Assembly (NCBI GenBank): GCA_023229825.1
Contig: JALNYN010000002.1
Span: 17,789 to 81,788 of the forward strand
Source of the DNA: Minisyncoccota bacterium
GTDB taxonomy: Bacteria; Patescibacteriota; Minisyncoccia; Phycocordibacterales; CAIJYI01
Reading direction: 5' to 3'
DNA length: 64,000 nt
Shown: piece by piece, positions 46,956 through 56,768 of the stretch
Position numbering within the stretch: position 1 is the first letter of the stretch
Layout: each line of letters starts with the position of its first letter
Translations under genes and position numbers: made by a program
The notes under the pieces: generated by a model
Seen by the model: the letters and a program-made list of their open reading frames with translations, nothing else
Database searches by the model: none
What the model was told of the DNA's origin: nothing

Positions 46956-47659
46956 TATGTTCCACGAATATTATTATCTGCCATAGTAATTTCCATCTTT
47001 TTTGATGGGAAAATACTTACGAGACCTATACCGGAACGAAAGATGAAATTGATCTCGTTCGATTCCAATACTCTTCGGACGACTTTTAATCCATTACCTC
47101 TTTTTTCAGGGTTTCTTCCGGAAATAACTTCTGTGAAGGCTACAGTAAGTGCCTCCAAGTCTGTTGAAATGCTCGGTCGAATTTGTTGCAATGTTGCCTT
47201 TATTCCGCGTCCGCGGTCAGCAAGAACAATAATCCTTTTTGTAAAATCATAAGCATAAAAAATACCTGTCGCGTCCGGCCAATTGCCTATATTGTGCGCA
47301 AAAGAATTATCTCCGATCTCCCCCACAACAAGAGTAATAAGAGAAGCAAGGTCTTGGGATACATTTTCCGTTCTTAATAGAATCTCCCCCATTTTTGATA
47401 GTCGGCTGGTAAAACGATCGGCCCTTTCGCAATAATATTCACTCGGGAGATCCGGGGGTATCGCGCTTATTGACCAAGCTAATCCAAGTTTTTGAATATC
47501 AAGGGCGAATTTATTCAGGGTTTCCAATGAATAATAACGTTGTTTACCAACGCTTCGTTCGGGCACGATTTTGCCGGATCTCTCCCAGTTGCGAAGGGTT
47601 TGGGTGGTTACCCCAAGTATTTTTGCCGCCTCACCTATGCGTATTTTATCTTCATTCAT
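46937..47659 (-). CDS. MerR-type HTH fused to a GHKL (anti-sigma-factor/Ser kinase-like) ATPase domain
   Basis: N-terminal IRIGEAAKILGVTTQTLRNWERSGKI (MerR HTH); GHKL N-box VVGEIGDNSFAHN, G1 LADRGRGI, G2 GRNPEKRGNGLKVV. Confidence 0.6.
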   Translation of the reverse strand: MNEDKIRIGEAAKILGVTTQTLRNWERSGKIVPERSVGKQRYYSLETLNKFALDIQKLGLAWSISAIPPDLPSEYYCERADRFTSRLSKMGEILLRTENVSQDLASLITLVVGEIGDNSFAHNIGNWPDATGIFYAYDFTKRIIVLADRGRGIKATLQQIRPSISTDLEALTVAFTEVISGRNPEKRGNGLKVVRRVLESNEINFIFRSGIGLVSIFPSKKMEITMADNNIRGTYCVIIF

Positions 47660-47907
47660 GTATTAAGTATAGGCTATAAACCTATAAAAGTCAAGAATTT
47701 TTTATAAGTTTATACATTAAACCTATAAAAATAAATCTATCTTTATAGGTTTGTTGCAAAAAGCTAATATTATTAAAGTGGATAAAATATGTATAGTATA
47801 TGTATAAACTATACATATTTATGTTAAAAAAGATTGAAAAACCTGACATTTCTAACATCGACATCAATAAAAAAAGAGCAGTCGTTGAAGTCTGCTCTTT
47901 TAAAAAA

Positions 47908-48464
47908 CTACGTGATTATTTTTGCTTTTAATTTTTCACCTTTATAGACGACAATCTCCATTGCGCCACACTCTGCAAAACTCGTGTGAATCGCGAGTTC
48001 TTCTAATGGGGGAAACATTTCCCGTATAATGCAGTTTAAAACCAGATCATGAGAAAGGACGAATACATTTTTTGATTTTTCTATTCTGCTTATGACCGCT
48101 TCCGCCCCTGATTTTCCGATAATTTCCAGGAGGTGCGCATTTTTATGAGACAGAAAATTATAAAGTGTTGCCGGGGCAAGTTCTTTATACATTTCTAATA
48201 CCTGCCTCATATCTTCTTCTCTCGGGAGTTCGTATAGTTCGTTCAAAAAAACAACTTCTTGTTTTTTTCAAATAAACAAAAGATTGTTTCTTTTGCTCGG
48301 TTACTTGAAGAGCAAAGTATCGTATCAAAGTAGATTTTTCGTATCCTCTTTTTGAGAACCGCTGCTTGTGCTCGGCCAGTTTCGGTAATTTTACGTTCTT
48401 TGTCAATTGGGTTTTTATCAGTATTTGCATGGCGCGCAAATATGAAACGTCTTATCATTGCCAT
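47908..48464 (-). pseudogene. Histidine phosphatase (SixA/phosphoglycerate-mutase-like) gene split into two overlapping ORFs
   Basis: 48243..48464 carries the catalytic FARHANTD (RHG motif) and LCSSSNRAKET. 47908..48246 carries VFVLSHDLVL (second catalytic His). The two overlap by 4 nt in different frames, so either a frameshift or a sequencing error. Confidence 0.5.
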
Positions 48465-48533
48465 GTTTCCCTCTTAACCAAGTGGATAATCTTATGGCAT
48501 TGTTGCACGGAAGATTTATTATGTCAATTTTTT

Positions 48534-50111
48534 TTAATTCTTCTTTTCTCTATACCCCAGCGCTTCGAGCAGATGTTTTTCTTGGATATTTTCACTTCCT
48601 TCCAAGTCTGCGATCGTTCTGGCGAGTTTTATGATCCTATGATATGCGCGCGGCGAGAGCGACATTCTTGTGGCGGCGGCGTTTAGCATATTCTTTTCTT
48701 TCTCTCCGAGTGGAGCGAATTTCTCCAAGTCTTTTGCGTTCATTTCGGAATTGGTACTTATTCGCCTTCGCCCGTCCGTAGCCTTTGGCGAAGGCGGGTT
48801 TCCTTCGAAACGTTTTTCCTGAATTTTTCTCGCTTTTAAAACTCTGTTTCGTATATTTTCGCTCGTATCCGTCCCCTCCGGCGCTTTGTCCGAAAGTTTT
48901 TTGTAATCGACTTCGGCGACGTTTAAGAAAATGTCGATGCGATCCATGATCGGGCCCGACAATTTTCGTTCATATTTATAGATATCTCCAGCCGAGCAAA
49001 TGCATTCTTTTTTGGTTCCCTTGTGTCCGCACGGGCAGGGATTCATGGCGGCAACTAAAATGAAATTGGCGGGAAATACCTCCGTTCCCTTTGCGCGGGA
49101 AATGCTCACGAATTTTTCTTCGAGAGGTTCGCGAAGCGATTCCAAAACGCGCTTTTCAAACTCCGGAAATTCGTCGGTGAATAAAACGCCGCGATGCGCA
49201 AGGGTGATCTCTCCTGGTTTCGGAAAAGCGCCGCCCCCAATGATGGAAACATAGGAAGAAGTATGATGCGGGGCGCGAAACGGCGGTTCGGTAATGAGCG
49301 ATCCTTTGAGTGTGCCGGCGATGGAATGAATTCCTGTGATCTCCAGTGCTTCTTCAAGAGACAAAGACGGAAGAATTTGTGAAAAGGCGCGAGCGAGCAT
49401 GGTTTTTCCCGTCCCGGGCGGACCGAACATGAGAACGTTGTGCCTTCCCGCCGCGGCGATTTCGAGACCGCGTTTAGCCGTTTCCTGCCCGCGGACATCT
49501 TCAAATCCGTAATCGCGGATAACTTTTTCGCGGTGAATTTCTTTCGTTTGGTGGACGGGAATCTCTTGTTTTGCGCCGTTTTCCGGCGGCCGTATGACAT
49601 TCAGATGCTCGATGACCTCGGCAAGCGTTTTACAACCGTACACATTGATGCCGGAGATCATTGACGCTTCGTCCGCATTTCCGAACGGCAGAAAAACTTC
49701 TTTTGCGCCGCGTTCTTTCGCCTTTTTAACCAGAGGAAGCGTGCCGCGTATGGTTCGAAGCTCGCCGTTCAATCCGAGTTCTCCGAGAAAGATCTTTTTT
49801 GAGGAGTCGAACTTAATTTCACCGCCTGCTAAAAGATACCCGAGCGCCATCGCGAGATCGAAGTTCGTTCCCTCTTTTTTGATATGCGCCGGAGTAAGCG
49901 AAATGATTATTTTTTGATTTTTCGCCTTGGGTGATTTGAATCCCGAATTTTTTATAGCCGCCGAAATGCGATCTTTTGATTCATCCACCGATTTATCCGG
50001 CAGCCCGACGATAGAAAACGAAGCCAATCCTTTTGAAATATCAACTTCGACACAAACAATATGAGCGTTCAAGCCGACGGCTTGAGCGCTGTAGCATTTT
50101 GAAAAACCCAT
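48534..50111 (-). CDS. comM: YifB/ComM-family Mg-chelatase-like AAA+ ATPase
   Basis: 525 aa; N-terminal Lon-like domain, Walker A LMFGPPGTGKTMLA, C-terminal region with Cys cluster CPCGHKGTKKECIC. Confidence 0.85.
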   Translation of the reverse strand: MGFSKCYSAQAVGLNAHIVCVEVDISKGLASFSIVGLPDKSVDESKDRISAAIKNSGFKSPKAKNQKIIISLTPAHIKKEGTNFDLAMALGYLLAGGEIKFDSSKKIFLGELGLNGELRTIRGTLPLVKKAKERGAKEVFLPFGNADEASMISGINVYGCKTLAEVIEHLNVIRPPENGAKQEIPVHQTKEIHREKVIRDYGFEDVRGQETAKRGLEIAAAGRHNVLMFGPPGTGKTMLARAFSQILPSLSLEEALEITGIHSIAGTLKGSLITEPPFRAPHHTSSYVSIIGGGAFPKPGEITLAHRGVLFTDEFPEFEKRVLESLREPLEEKFVSISRAKGTEVFPANFILVAAMNPCPCGHKGTKKECICSAGDIYKYERKLSGPIMDRIDIFLNVAEVDYKKLSDKAPEGTDTSENIRNRVLKARKIQEKRFEGNPPSPKATDGRRRISTNSEMNAKDLEKFAPLGEKEKNMLNAAATRMSLSPRAYHRIIKLARTIADLEGSENIQEKHLLEALGYREKKN

Positions 50112-50203
50112 TGTAAAAAAAGCTTTTAGCTGTTAGGTTTTAGGTGTTAGCTTGCCGACGGTCGTTGTCGTGAAGCTAAAACCTAACAGCTAAAACCTAA
50201 AAC

Positions 50204-50566
50204 CTAGTTATTAATGTGCTCCTTGCACGTTTCTGCTGCAGGATTCGCGTCGAGACGGTCGTCCTCTATTTCCTTTCCGCAAATTTTGCAAATACCGAAT
50301 TCTCCATTTTCGATCTTTAAAAGAGAGTTTTTTACCTCATTGAGACGCGCTTCGAGTTCTCCTTCGACGGCGCTTCTCTCCTCAAATTGTTCGAATTTAT
50401 CCGCCAATGAATTTTCATCCGCATCATCCACATTGTCCGCGTTGCCGGGCGTCCCCTGCCAATCATTGGGGTTTTCAGGATTTACGCGTCCAACACTGCG
50501 AAGCTCTTCTTCGAGTTTCGTCTTTTCTTTGGTGAGCAGTTCCTTATATAATTCAATGTTTTTCAT
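50204..50566 (-). CDS. DksA/TraR-family C4 zinc-finger protein
   Basis: C-terminal CKICGKEIEDDRLDANPAAETCKEHI; coiled-coil N-terminus; 120 aa. Confidence 0.75.
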   Translation of the reverse strand: MKNIELYKELLTKEKTKLEEELRSVGRVNPENPNDWQGTPGNADNVDDADENSLADKFEQFEERSAVEGELEARLNEVKNSLLKIENGEFGICKICGKEIEDDRLDANPAAETCKEHINN

Positions 50567-50639
50567 ATGATCTCATCTTAGCAAATAATAGCAAAAGGGC
50601 AATATAATAAATGATTCTCGTTTCTGATAATGAGAATTT

Positions 50640-50800
50640 TCTGAAAATTTGCCCTTATGGTGCAAAATTCCTAATTCCTAATTCCTAATTTCCAATTTCT
50701 AATAAAATGTCCAATTACAAAATTTCAAACCGTTTTTATATTTAGTCATTGGACATTTTATTAGAAATTTGAAATTGGGAATTGGAAATTATTTAACAAA
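50640..50800. repeat. CCAAT-rich imperfect palindrome (arms share 24-bp perfect ccaatttctaataaaatgtccaat / attggacattttattagaaattgg)
   Basis: Lies between two (-) genes. A related CCAAT-unit palindrome is at 12120-12230 after rpmH. Confidence 0.7.
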
Positions 50801-50862
50801 CAGCAGCAAGAATTACTTAAGGGGACATTCGAATTACTGACCTCTGAAACTACCAGTAACGA

Positions 50863-52239
50863 TCATTTCTTCTCCAGTGTGAGATCGAGCCGTCTCGCGA
50901 CCTCAAAAAGAGTATTTTCGCTCGTGCTCAAGATAATCGTATTTTGATCTTTAAATATATAAACCAACACCGTTTCATCACTGAAATCTTTCAATTGACG
51001 CGTGTCTTTGTTCTTTGCCACAACATCAACCCACGCTCTCCCGCGGAGGTCATCGGCGGTCAAAAGCCTGAAAAGCGGGTATATATCATCAAGCATGGTC
51101 GGTTCCCACGACAGCATTTCAGCAAAAGCTGAGTCATAATAATCAGTTTTGAGCACAAGGAAAGGCTGATTGCCGTTGAAATTATGGAATCCGAACATGT
51201 AGTCCGTCTTAAGCGAACGGAGCAGGTTTTGAGGGATCGGTATGTGTAAAATATTAAACAGATCGTCGATGCGAAGGATCGTTTTGGTTTCAGTGACCCC
51301 GTCTTCTGTGGTGACCGTATCTTTATTGACAAAATAGACAAATTCGATCGTATCAAGCTTAATGTCGCCGTTGATATTTCTGCTTATTTCGCTTGATAGG
51401 TCTTTCGCTGATTTTCCCGTTACCACGATCTCTTTATTGTGTTCTGTTCCGAGAAGCGGAACGACGTTGAGTTCTGTGAAAACGTTATTCTTATCCACAG
51501 GACGGAAGAACGCGTAATAAACGACTCCAATGGAAAGCAACAGGAAAACAACCGAGAAAAGGATAAGAGGAAGATTTTTTCCCGACTGAGGAGATTCGTT
51601 CAACTCTCTTTTTGCGCGCGCTTTTTCTTCTTCTAAAACCATACGTACCAGCGAAGTTTTTTGATCCTTGATCGTTCCGGCAACGTCTTTTTTGTAGGTG
51701 CGCAACGTGGGCAGTGCGGAAATATCCTCTGCTTTGGATTCGGGAACCTTCTCTTTCGGTGTTTTGGTCGTGTTTGAAGGACGTGTGATTGCCGGACGAT
51801 TAATAGTCGGAGGTATCACATTTTGCCTTTTAGGAGAAAGATCTTCCGCGTCGACGTTAACCGTAGGCGTCAACGTTTTCCAGCCAAGGTCTTTTTTCGG
51901 CAAGATGGGCGCGCTTTTTAGAGAAAGGTCCTCTCCTCCCGTCGCTTTATCCATCAGTTTTGATTCGATATCCGGTTTCTTCGGTACTCGAAATTCTTTT
52001 TTGGGCGGAAGCGTTTCGGCAATATTTATGGGTGTATTCGGAGGGATGTCGGGAAGTGTTTTTGCGTCCGATGTCGGCTCATTTTGAGACACGACGGAAA
52101 GAGGAAGATTTTTCAGACCAAACAAGGCCGCTTTTTCATCCTCCGTTTTATCTTTTTGAGGTACGCTCAAAACCGTCGGATCTTTTGTGTCCGCTGTTAA
52201 TATATCGCCGGTGTTATTCTTCGGCAGGTCAGTATCCAT
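50863..52239 (-). CDS. Hypothetical bitopic membrane protein (Pro-rich N-terminal region, single TM, C-terminal domain)
   Basis: 458 aa; TM LPLILFSVVFLLLSIGVVYYAFF. Confidence 0.4.
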   Translation of the reverse strand: MDTDLPKNNTGDILTADTKDPTVLSVPQKDKTEDEKAALFGLKNLPLSVVSQNEPTSDAKTLPDIPPNTPINIAETLPPKKEFRVPKKPDIESKLMDKATGGEDLSLKSAPILPKKDLGWKTLTPTVNVDAEDLSPKRQNVIPPTINRPAITRPSNTTKTPKEKVPESKAEDISALPTLRTYKKDVAGTIKDQKTSLVRMVLEEEKARAKRELNESPQSGKNLPLILFSVVFLLLSIGVVYYAFFRPVDKNNVFTELNVVPLLGTEHNKEIVVTGKSAKDLSSEISRNINGDIKLDTIEFVYFVNKDTVTTEDGVTETKTILRIDDLFNILHIPIPQNLLRSLKTDYMFGFHNFNGNQPFLVLKTDYYDSAFAEMLSWEPTMLDDIYPLFRLLTADDLRGRAWVDVVAKNKDTRQLKDFSDETVLVYIFKDQNTIILSTSENTLFEVARRLDLTLEKK

Positions 52240-52278
52240 GTTGTGAATGGAGAACCGCTGTGAGTGGGGGGAAGTTTG

Positions 52279-54450
52279 TTATTCCGTTGCGGCGACTGTC
52301 GGGGCGGCTGGCTTGGGCGCCATTTCCGCCATTTTTTTCTTTGCCCAATCCGGATCTGCTTTTCTGATGGAAAGGCTGAGTCTCGATCTCTCGTCAATTT
52401 CTTTGACGATAACGGGGACGGTATCTCCTTCCTTTATAATATCACTTACTTTGTTTACGCGAAATGGTGCGATCTCGGAAATGTGGACAAGTCCTTCTGT
52501 GTTGTAGCCTATCTTAACAAAAGCTCCGATCTCGATGATCTTGGTAACCACTCCTGTATAGCGTTCCCCCGCTTTGTAGACATGCGTCATACCTTCGATG
52601 ATCTTCTTCGCTTTTTCGGCGGCACCGTTCTTTCCGGTAATAAATACCGTTCCATCTTCCTCGATATCGATCTCAGATCCGGTAGCTTCGCGAATTTTAT
52701 TGATCACCTTGCCTCCGGGGCCGATGATCCCGCCGATCTGGTCAGGCTGTATCTTTGCCACGAGTATCTTCGGTGCGACTGACGCGATATCCGCGCGCGG
52801 AGCGGGAATTGCTTTTTCTATAACATCAAGTATCTGAAAGCGAGCCGTTTTTGCTTTGACGAACGCTTCGGAAAGGATCTTTACCGGAATACCGTCGACT
52901 TTCACATCCATCTGAATGGCGGTAATTCCTTCGCGAGTTCCAGCAACTTTGAGGTCCATATCTCCATGGTGGTCTTCCGGACCTTGAATATCCATTAAGA
53001 TCTTATACGTTTTTTCATCTTCCATCATAAGACCCATGGCGATGCCGGCGACGGGCGCTTTGATCGGTACTCCGCCATCCATAAGGGCGAGCGTGGAACC
53101 GCAAACGGAGGCCATGGACGTAGAGCCGTTGGAAGCCATGGATTCGGAAACGACGCGAATGGTGTAAGGAAAAGTTTGCTTGTTAGGAAGAACAGGAATA
53201 AGCGCTTTTTCAGCAAGTGCTCCGTGCCCTATCATGCGTCGGTTCGTTCCGCCCATTCTGCCGGTTTCACCGCCGGAATACGGAGGAAAATTATAGTGGT
53301 GCATGTAGGTCTTGTCTTTTTCCGTTCCATCTATGGTCTGTGAATCTTTCGGTCCTCCAAGAGTCAGTACTGAGAGAACGTGCGTTCCGCCTCGATAAAA
53401 GACGCCGGTTCCATGGAGGATCGGCGAAATCCCTCCCGCCTGCGCGCTCAAATTGCGCAGTTCGTCCATGCCGCGTCCATCAGGCCGGCAATTATTCTTT
53501 ATCGCCTCTTTATGGAGAAGTTCATTCACCTGATGATGGAAATATTCCTTCGCCTTCCCCACGTCTTCTTCAGGTAATTTTTCCTCCACCATCTTCCCCC
53601 ACTCCGCCTCAAGCTCGTATCCGACTTTGCTTCCCGGCCCGACGTAGAGTTTCTCTTTTAATGTTTTAAGGATTTGGTCGGCAAAAAGTTTTTTCACGGC
53701 ATCTGAATGATCTTCTTTCGCAAATACCATTTTAGTTTTTCCCAATTCCTTGATGATCATTTTCTGGAAATTCTGTATTTTTTCGATCTCCTCCTTCCCT
53801 TTTTGGAGCGCGAGACTAGCGACATCTTCGGTGATCTCTTTTCCCCCGAGTTCGATCATGTTGATGTTTCCGTCTTTTCCGCAGAGGGTCATATCCATTT
53901 CGTAATCAGCCGATTCCCTTTCCTCATTTGAAGGATTGACGATAAATTCATTGCTTCCTTTCTTTTTTCCGAGACGAACCGATGAAACAGGTCCGTTAAA
54001 AGGAATATCCGAGGTGGCGAGTGCGAGCGATGCGGCGCTGACGGCAAGCACATCAGGCTCATAACCGTTCATCGCAAGAATAGTAATAACCACCTGAATT
54101 TCGTTTCTGATATGCTGATCAAAAAGAGGTCGAATGGTTCGGTCGACGACTCGTCCGGAAAGAATTCCTTCGCTTGAAGGTTTCCCTTCTCTTCTCACGT
54201 AACGGCTGCCCAATATTTTCCCGGTCGCATAAAAGCGATCTTCGTAATCAACCGTGAGCGGCAAATAATCAATTCCATCCCTTTTGTCTCCGCCGATCAC
54301 GGCAGTGGCGAGCACCATCGTATCGCCGTAGCTTATTATGACCGAACCGTTGGTTTGATCCGCGAGGTCCGTAAATTGGGCGACAAGTTTTTTACCCCCA
54401 ATTTCCACAGAATATTCTTTGCTTTGCATGTTTTTATTGCGTGTGGTCAC
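52279..54450 (-). CDS. pnp: Polyribonucleotide nucleotidyltransferase (PNPase)
   Basis: 723 aa; two RNase PH domains (RPDGRGMDELR), KH (GKVINKIREATGSEIDIEEDG) and S1 (ERYTGVVTKIIEIGAFVKI). Confidence 0.95.
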   Translation of the reverse strand: MTTRNKNMQSKEYSVEIGGKKLVAQFTDLADQTNGSVIISYGDTMVLATAVIGGDKRDGIDYLPLTVDYEDRFYATGKILGSRYVRREGKPSSEGILSGRVVDRTIRPLFDQHIRNEIQVVITILAMNGYEPDVLAVSAASLALATSDIPFNGPVSSVRLGKKKGSNEFIVNPSNEERESADYEMDMTLCGKDGNINMIELGGKEITEDVASLALQKGKEEIEKIQNFQKMIIKELGKTKMVFAKEDHSDAVKKLFADQILKTLKEKLYVGPGSKVGYELEAEWGKMVEEKLPEEDVGKAKEYFHHQVNELLHKEAIKNNCRPDGRGMDELRNLSAQAGGISPILHGTGVFYRGGTHVLSVLTLGGPKDSQTIDGTEKDKTYMHHYNFPPYSGGETGRMGGTNRRMIGHGALAEKALIPVLPNKQTFPYTIRVVSESMASNGSTSMASVCGSTLALMDGGVPIKAPVAGIAMGLMMEDEKTYKILMDIQGPEDHHGDMDLKVAGTREGITAIQMDVKVDGIPVKILSEAFVKAKTARFQILDVIEKAIPAPRADIASVAPKILVAKIQPDQIGGIIGPGGKVINKIREATGSEIDIEEDGTVFITGKNGAAEKAKKIIEGMTHVYKAGERYTGVVTKIIEIGAFVKIGYNTEGLVHISEIAPFRVNKVSDIIKEGDTVPVIVKEIDERSRLSLSIRKADPDWAKKKMAEMAPKPAAPTVAATE

Positions 54451-54542
54451 CGGATTCTAGTACTGAAATATGATCGATCGTATTTCAATCCTATGATCCG
54501 CCGGCCACGATTAAACCTATAATACACTCTTCAAAAGTCGCT

Positions 54543-54620
54543 TGTCGTCATCCCGGGCAACGACCCGGGATCCATGTTATACCGCCGAACATGGATTCCG
54601 GATCAAAGTCCGGAATGACA
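54543..54620. repeat. Family-C double-hairpin element, complete copy, upstream of pnp
   Basis: tgtcgtcatcccgggcaacgacccgggatccatgtt ... catggattccggatcaaagtccggaatgac. Confidence 0.85.
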
Positions 54621-54788
54621 AAAATACGAATAAAACGACTTTTGAAAGAGCACTAATGAAACCACTATATCAATGTTTTATAAAGAAAACAAAGTTGACC
54701 CAGCTAGAAAATCGTGTTTTTTGGAGATGTTGACAAAAACAAATTTTTATCTTAAGATGTTTCAGGAATTGTCCAAAGGAGAACAAAC

Positions 54789-55052
54789 ATGCCATACGTT
54801 AAAATTAACGGAGAACAACAGTACTTGCTTGATAAACACGAATTTGAGCGTCTTGTTTCAGAAAGAAGCAAAATAAGCGCCGAAATCGAGGCTCTCAAGG
54901 CGGTCCGTTTCGTGGAAAATGTCTTTTTTACCGGAAGACTTTCGCTTGAAATTTCTTCCCGTGAACAAAAAATAAAGTCAATTGATCTCGCCCTTGCTGA
55001 TCATCGCAAAAAACTCGGCATCGAAACGCCGACCATTCATACGGAATTATAA
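54789..55052 (+). CDS. Small hypothetical protein
   Basis: 87 aa; terminator 55062-55088 follows. Confidence 0.4.
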   Translation: MPYVKINGEQQYLLDKHEFERLVSERSKISAEIEALKAVRFVENVFFTGRLSLEISSREQKIKSIDLALADHRKKLGIETPTIHTEL

Positions 55053-55130
55053 AGTTTCGAAACACCGCGAGTATTCGCGGTGTTTTTTAATTCCTTGCCG
55101 TATTCCCTTCTCTCCATTATTCTTAATGTT

Positions 55131-55904
55131 ATGAAAATCATTTCTTGGAATGTGAACGGTCTGCGCGCCGTACATAATAAAAACTTGTTTCTCCCCTTTG
55201 TTTTGAGGGAAAAACCTGACATTTTGTGTCTTCAGGAGATCAAAGCGCAAGCGCTGCAATTACCCGCAGAAATAGCCGTCATGCCCGGATATCATGCCTA
55301 TTTCTCGTCCCCAAAGGTGAAAAAAGGATACAGCGGCGTTGCACTGTATTCAAAAACAGAGCCGGAAAAAGTCGAATATGGCATAGGTATTCCCAGATTC
55401 GATGACGAAGGACGGATCCTTATCGCCTATTATCCGGAATTCACGCTTCTCAATATCTATTTTCCGAACGGCGGAAGCGGTGAGGAACGACTGAAGTATA
55501 AACTAGACTTTTATGATGCGTTCCTCTTATTTATTGATAAGTTAAAAAAAGGAGGACAGAAGATTATTTTCTGTGGAGACATCAACACGGCTCATGAAGC
55601 GATCGATCTTGCACGTCCGAAACAGAATGAAAACAACACCGGCTTCCTTCCTGAAGAACGCGCATGGATCGACGAGGTGATCGCGCACGGATATTCCGAC
55701 ATCTTCAGAGGCCAATATCCGACTAAAAAAGATGTCTATACTTTTTGGGATATGAAGACGGCGTCGAGAGAAAGAAATGTAGGCTGGAGGATCGATTATT
55801 TTTTCATAAGCAACAATATTTCTCCGAAAAAAATATCAACAGGAGTGTTATCAAATGTATACGGTTCGGATCACTGTCCAATTTCCCTTTTATTAGAGCC
55901 GTAG
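55131..55904 (+). CDS. xth: Exodeoxyribonuclease III (AP endonuclease, Xth family)
   Basis: MKIISWNVNGLRA, LCLQE, GDINTAHE, SDHCP; start taken at the internal Met (the track ORF starts at 55080). Confidence 0.9.
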   Translation: MKIISWNVNGLRAVHNKNLFLPFVLREKPDILCLQEIKAQALQLPAEIAVMPGYHAYFSSPKVKKGYSGVALYSKTEPEKVEYGIGIPRFDDEGRILIAYYPEFTLLNIYFPNGGSGEERLKYKLDFYDAFLLFIDKLKKGGQKIIFCGDINTAHEAIDLARPKQNENNTGFLPEERAWIDEVIAHGYSDIFRGQYPTKKDVYTFWDMKTASRERNVGWRIDYFFISNNISPKKISTGVLSNVYGSDHCPISLLLEP

Positions 55905-55932
55905 TTTAGATTGTCTTTTAAGGAAATTTAGT

Positions 55933-55951
55933 TATCCACAGTTATCCACAG
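55933..55951 (+). promoter_or_regulatory. Two tandem perfect consensus DnaA boxes (TTATCCACA x2, 10-bp spacing) outside oriC
   Basis: gTTATCCACAgTTATCCACAg at 55932-55952. A further perfect box (tgtggataa) is at 61477-61485. Confidence 0.6.
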
Positions 55952-56197
55952 TAAAGGACTTGCACATAAAGGACACGCGAGTATAATAATAATCAGATAG
56001 TGATTTACAAATAGATTACCAAAGGAACAATATGTTCCACCGCGATAACCATCGCAAACAATCTATAAAAACACAATCAAAAAACAAATCGCATTAGTTC
56101 TTTTCTCTAAAAGACAAATAAATATACAGCAAGGGCCATCTTATCGTGGCCCTTTACTTTATTCTGTGAGCATACGGCGAGTCGTCTTTTTGGCGAT

Positions 56198-56277
56198 CTT
56201 CGTTTTGTTTTTTAAAAATTATGTCGGGGCAGTACTACTGTACAGCCCCGACATAATTTTTAAAAAACAAAACGAAT
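56198..56277. repeat. 33-bp perfect inverted repeat (ttcgttttgttttttaaaaattatgtcggggc ... gccccgacataatttttaaaaaacaaaacgaa) with a 14-nt loop
   Basis: Located in a ~520-bp non-coding stretch with the tandem DnaA boxes. Confidence 0.85.
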
Positions 56278-56427
56278 CTCATCCAAAAATCCCGCCTCTT
56301 GAAGGTTATAACTTTTACGAGTAAAAAATTATTAGAACAAAACAATATTCATTGACAAGCTTTGTTTTATCCAATAATCTTGTAGTGGATACGCAAAACT
56401 TCCAAACAAGCAGAAAAGGAGGAATTT

Positions 56428-56739
56428 ATGTCATTTTATAGAGATGTAATGACAAAAATTGTGCACGATAATGAAGTGTTTAACTATAGTACAACAGAAA
56501 AACGCCTCACCAGTTATTTTTATATAACACATGTAGCCGAGAAAGAAGAAGTTCAAAACGCTATCCACACGTTAGTTGCGATCGGTCTTGTTAAATGCGT
56601 TCTACGCAGAGGTCCATCTCACTGGGATGTGGCATATCGCGAAGGAACCAGCGATGAGATCGTTCCTACCGCATTCGCTCTTCGGCTTATGAAAAAATAT
56701 GTATTGAGGAATTATTTCATGGATAAAGGGTTATATTAA
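56428..56739 (+). CDS. Hypothetical protein
   Basis: 103 aa; terminator 56743-56770 (aagggg-ctagata-gcccctt + T8) shared with the convergent cca. Confidence 0.4.
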   Translation: MSFYRDVMTKIVHDNEVFNYSTTEKRLTSYFYITHVAEKEEVQNAIHTLVAIGLVKCVLRRGPSHWDVAYREGTSDEIVPTAFALRLMKKYVLRNYFMDKGLY

Positions 56740-56768
56740 CCAAAAAGGGGCTAGATAGCCCCTTTTTT

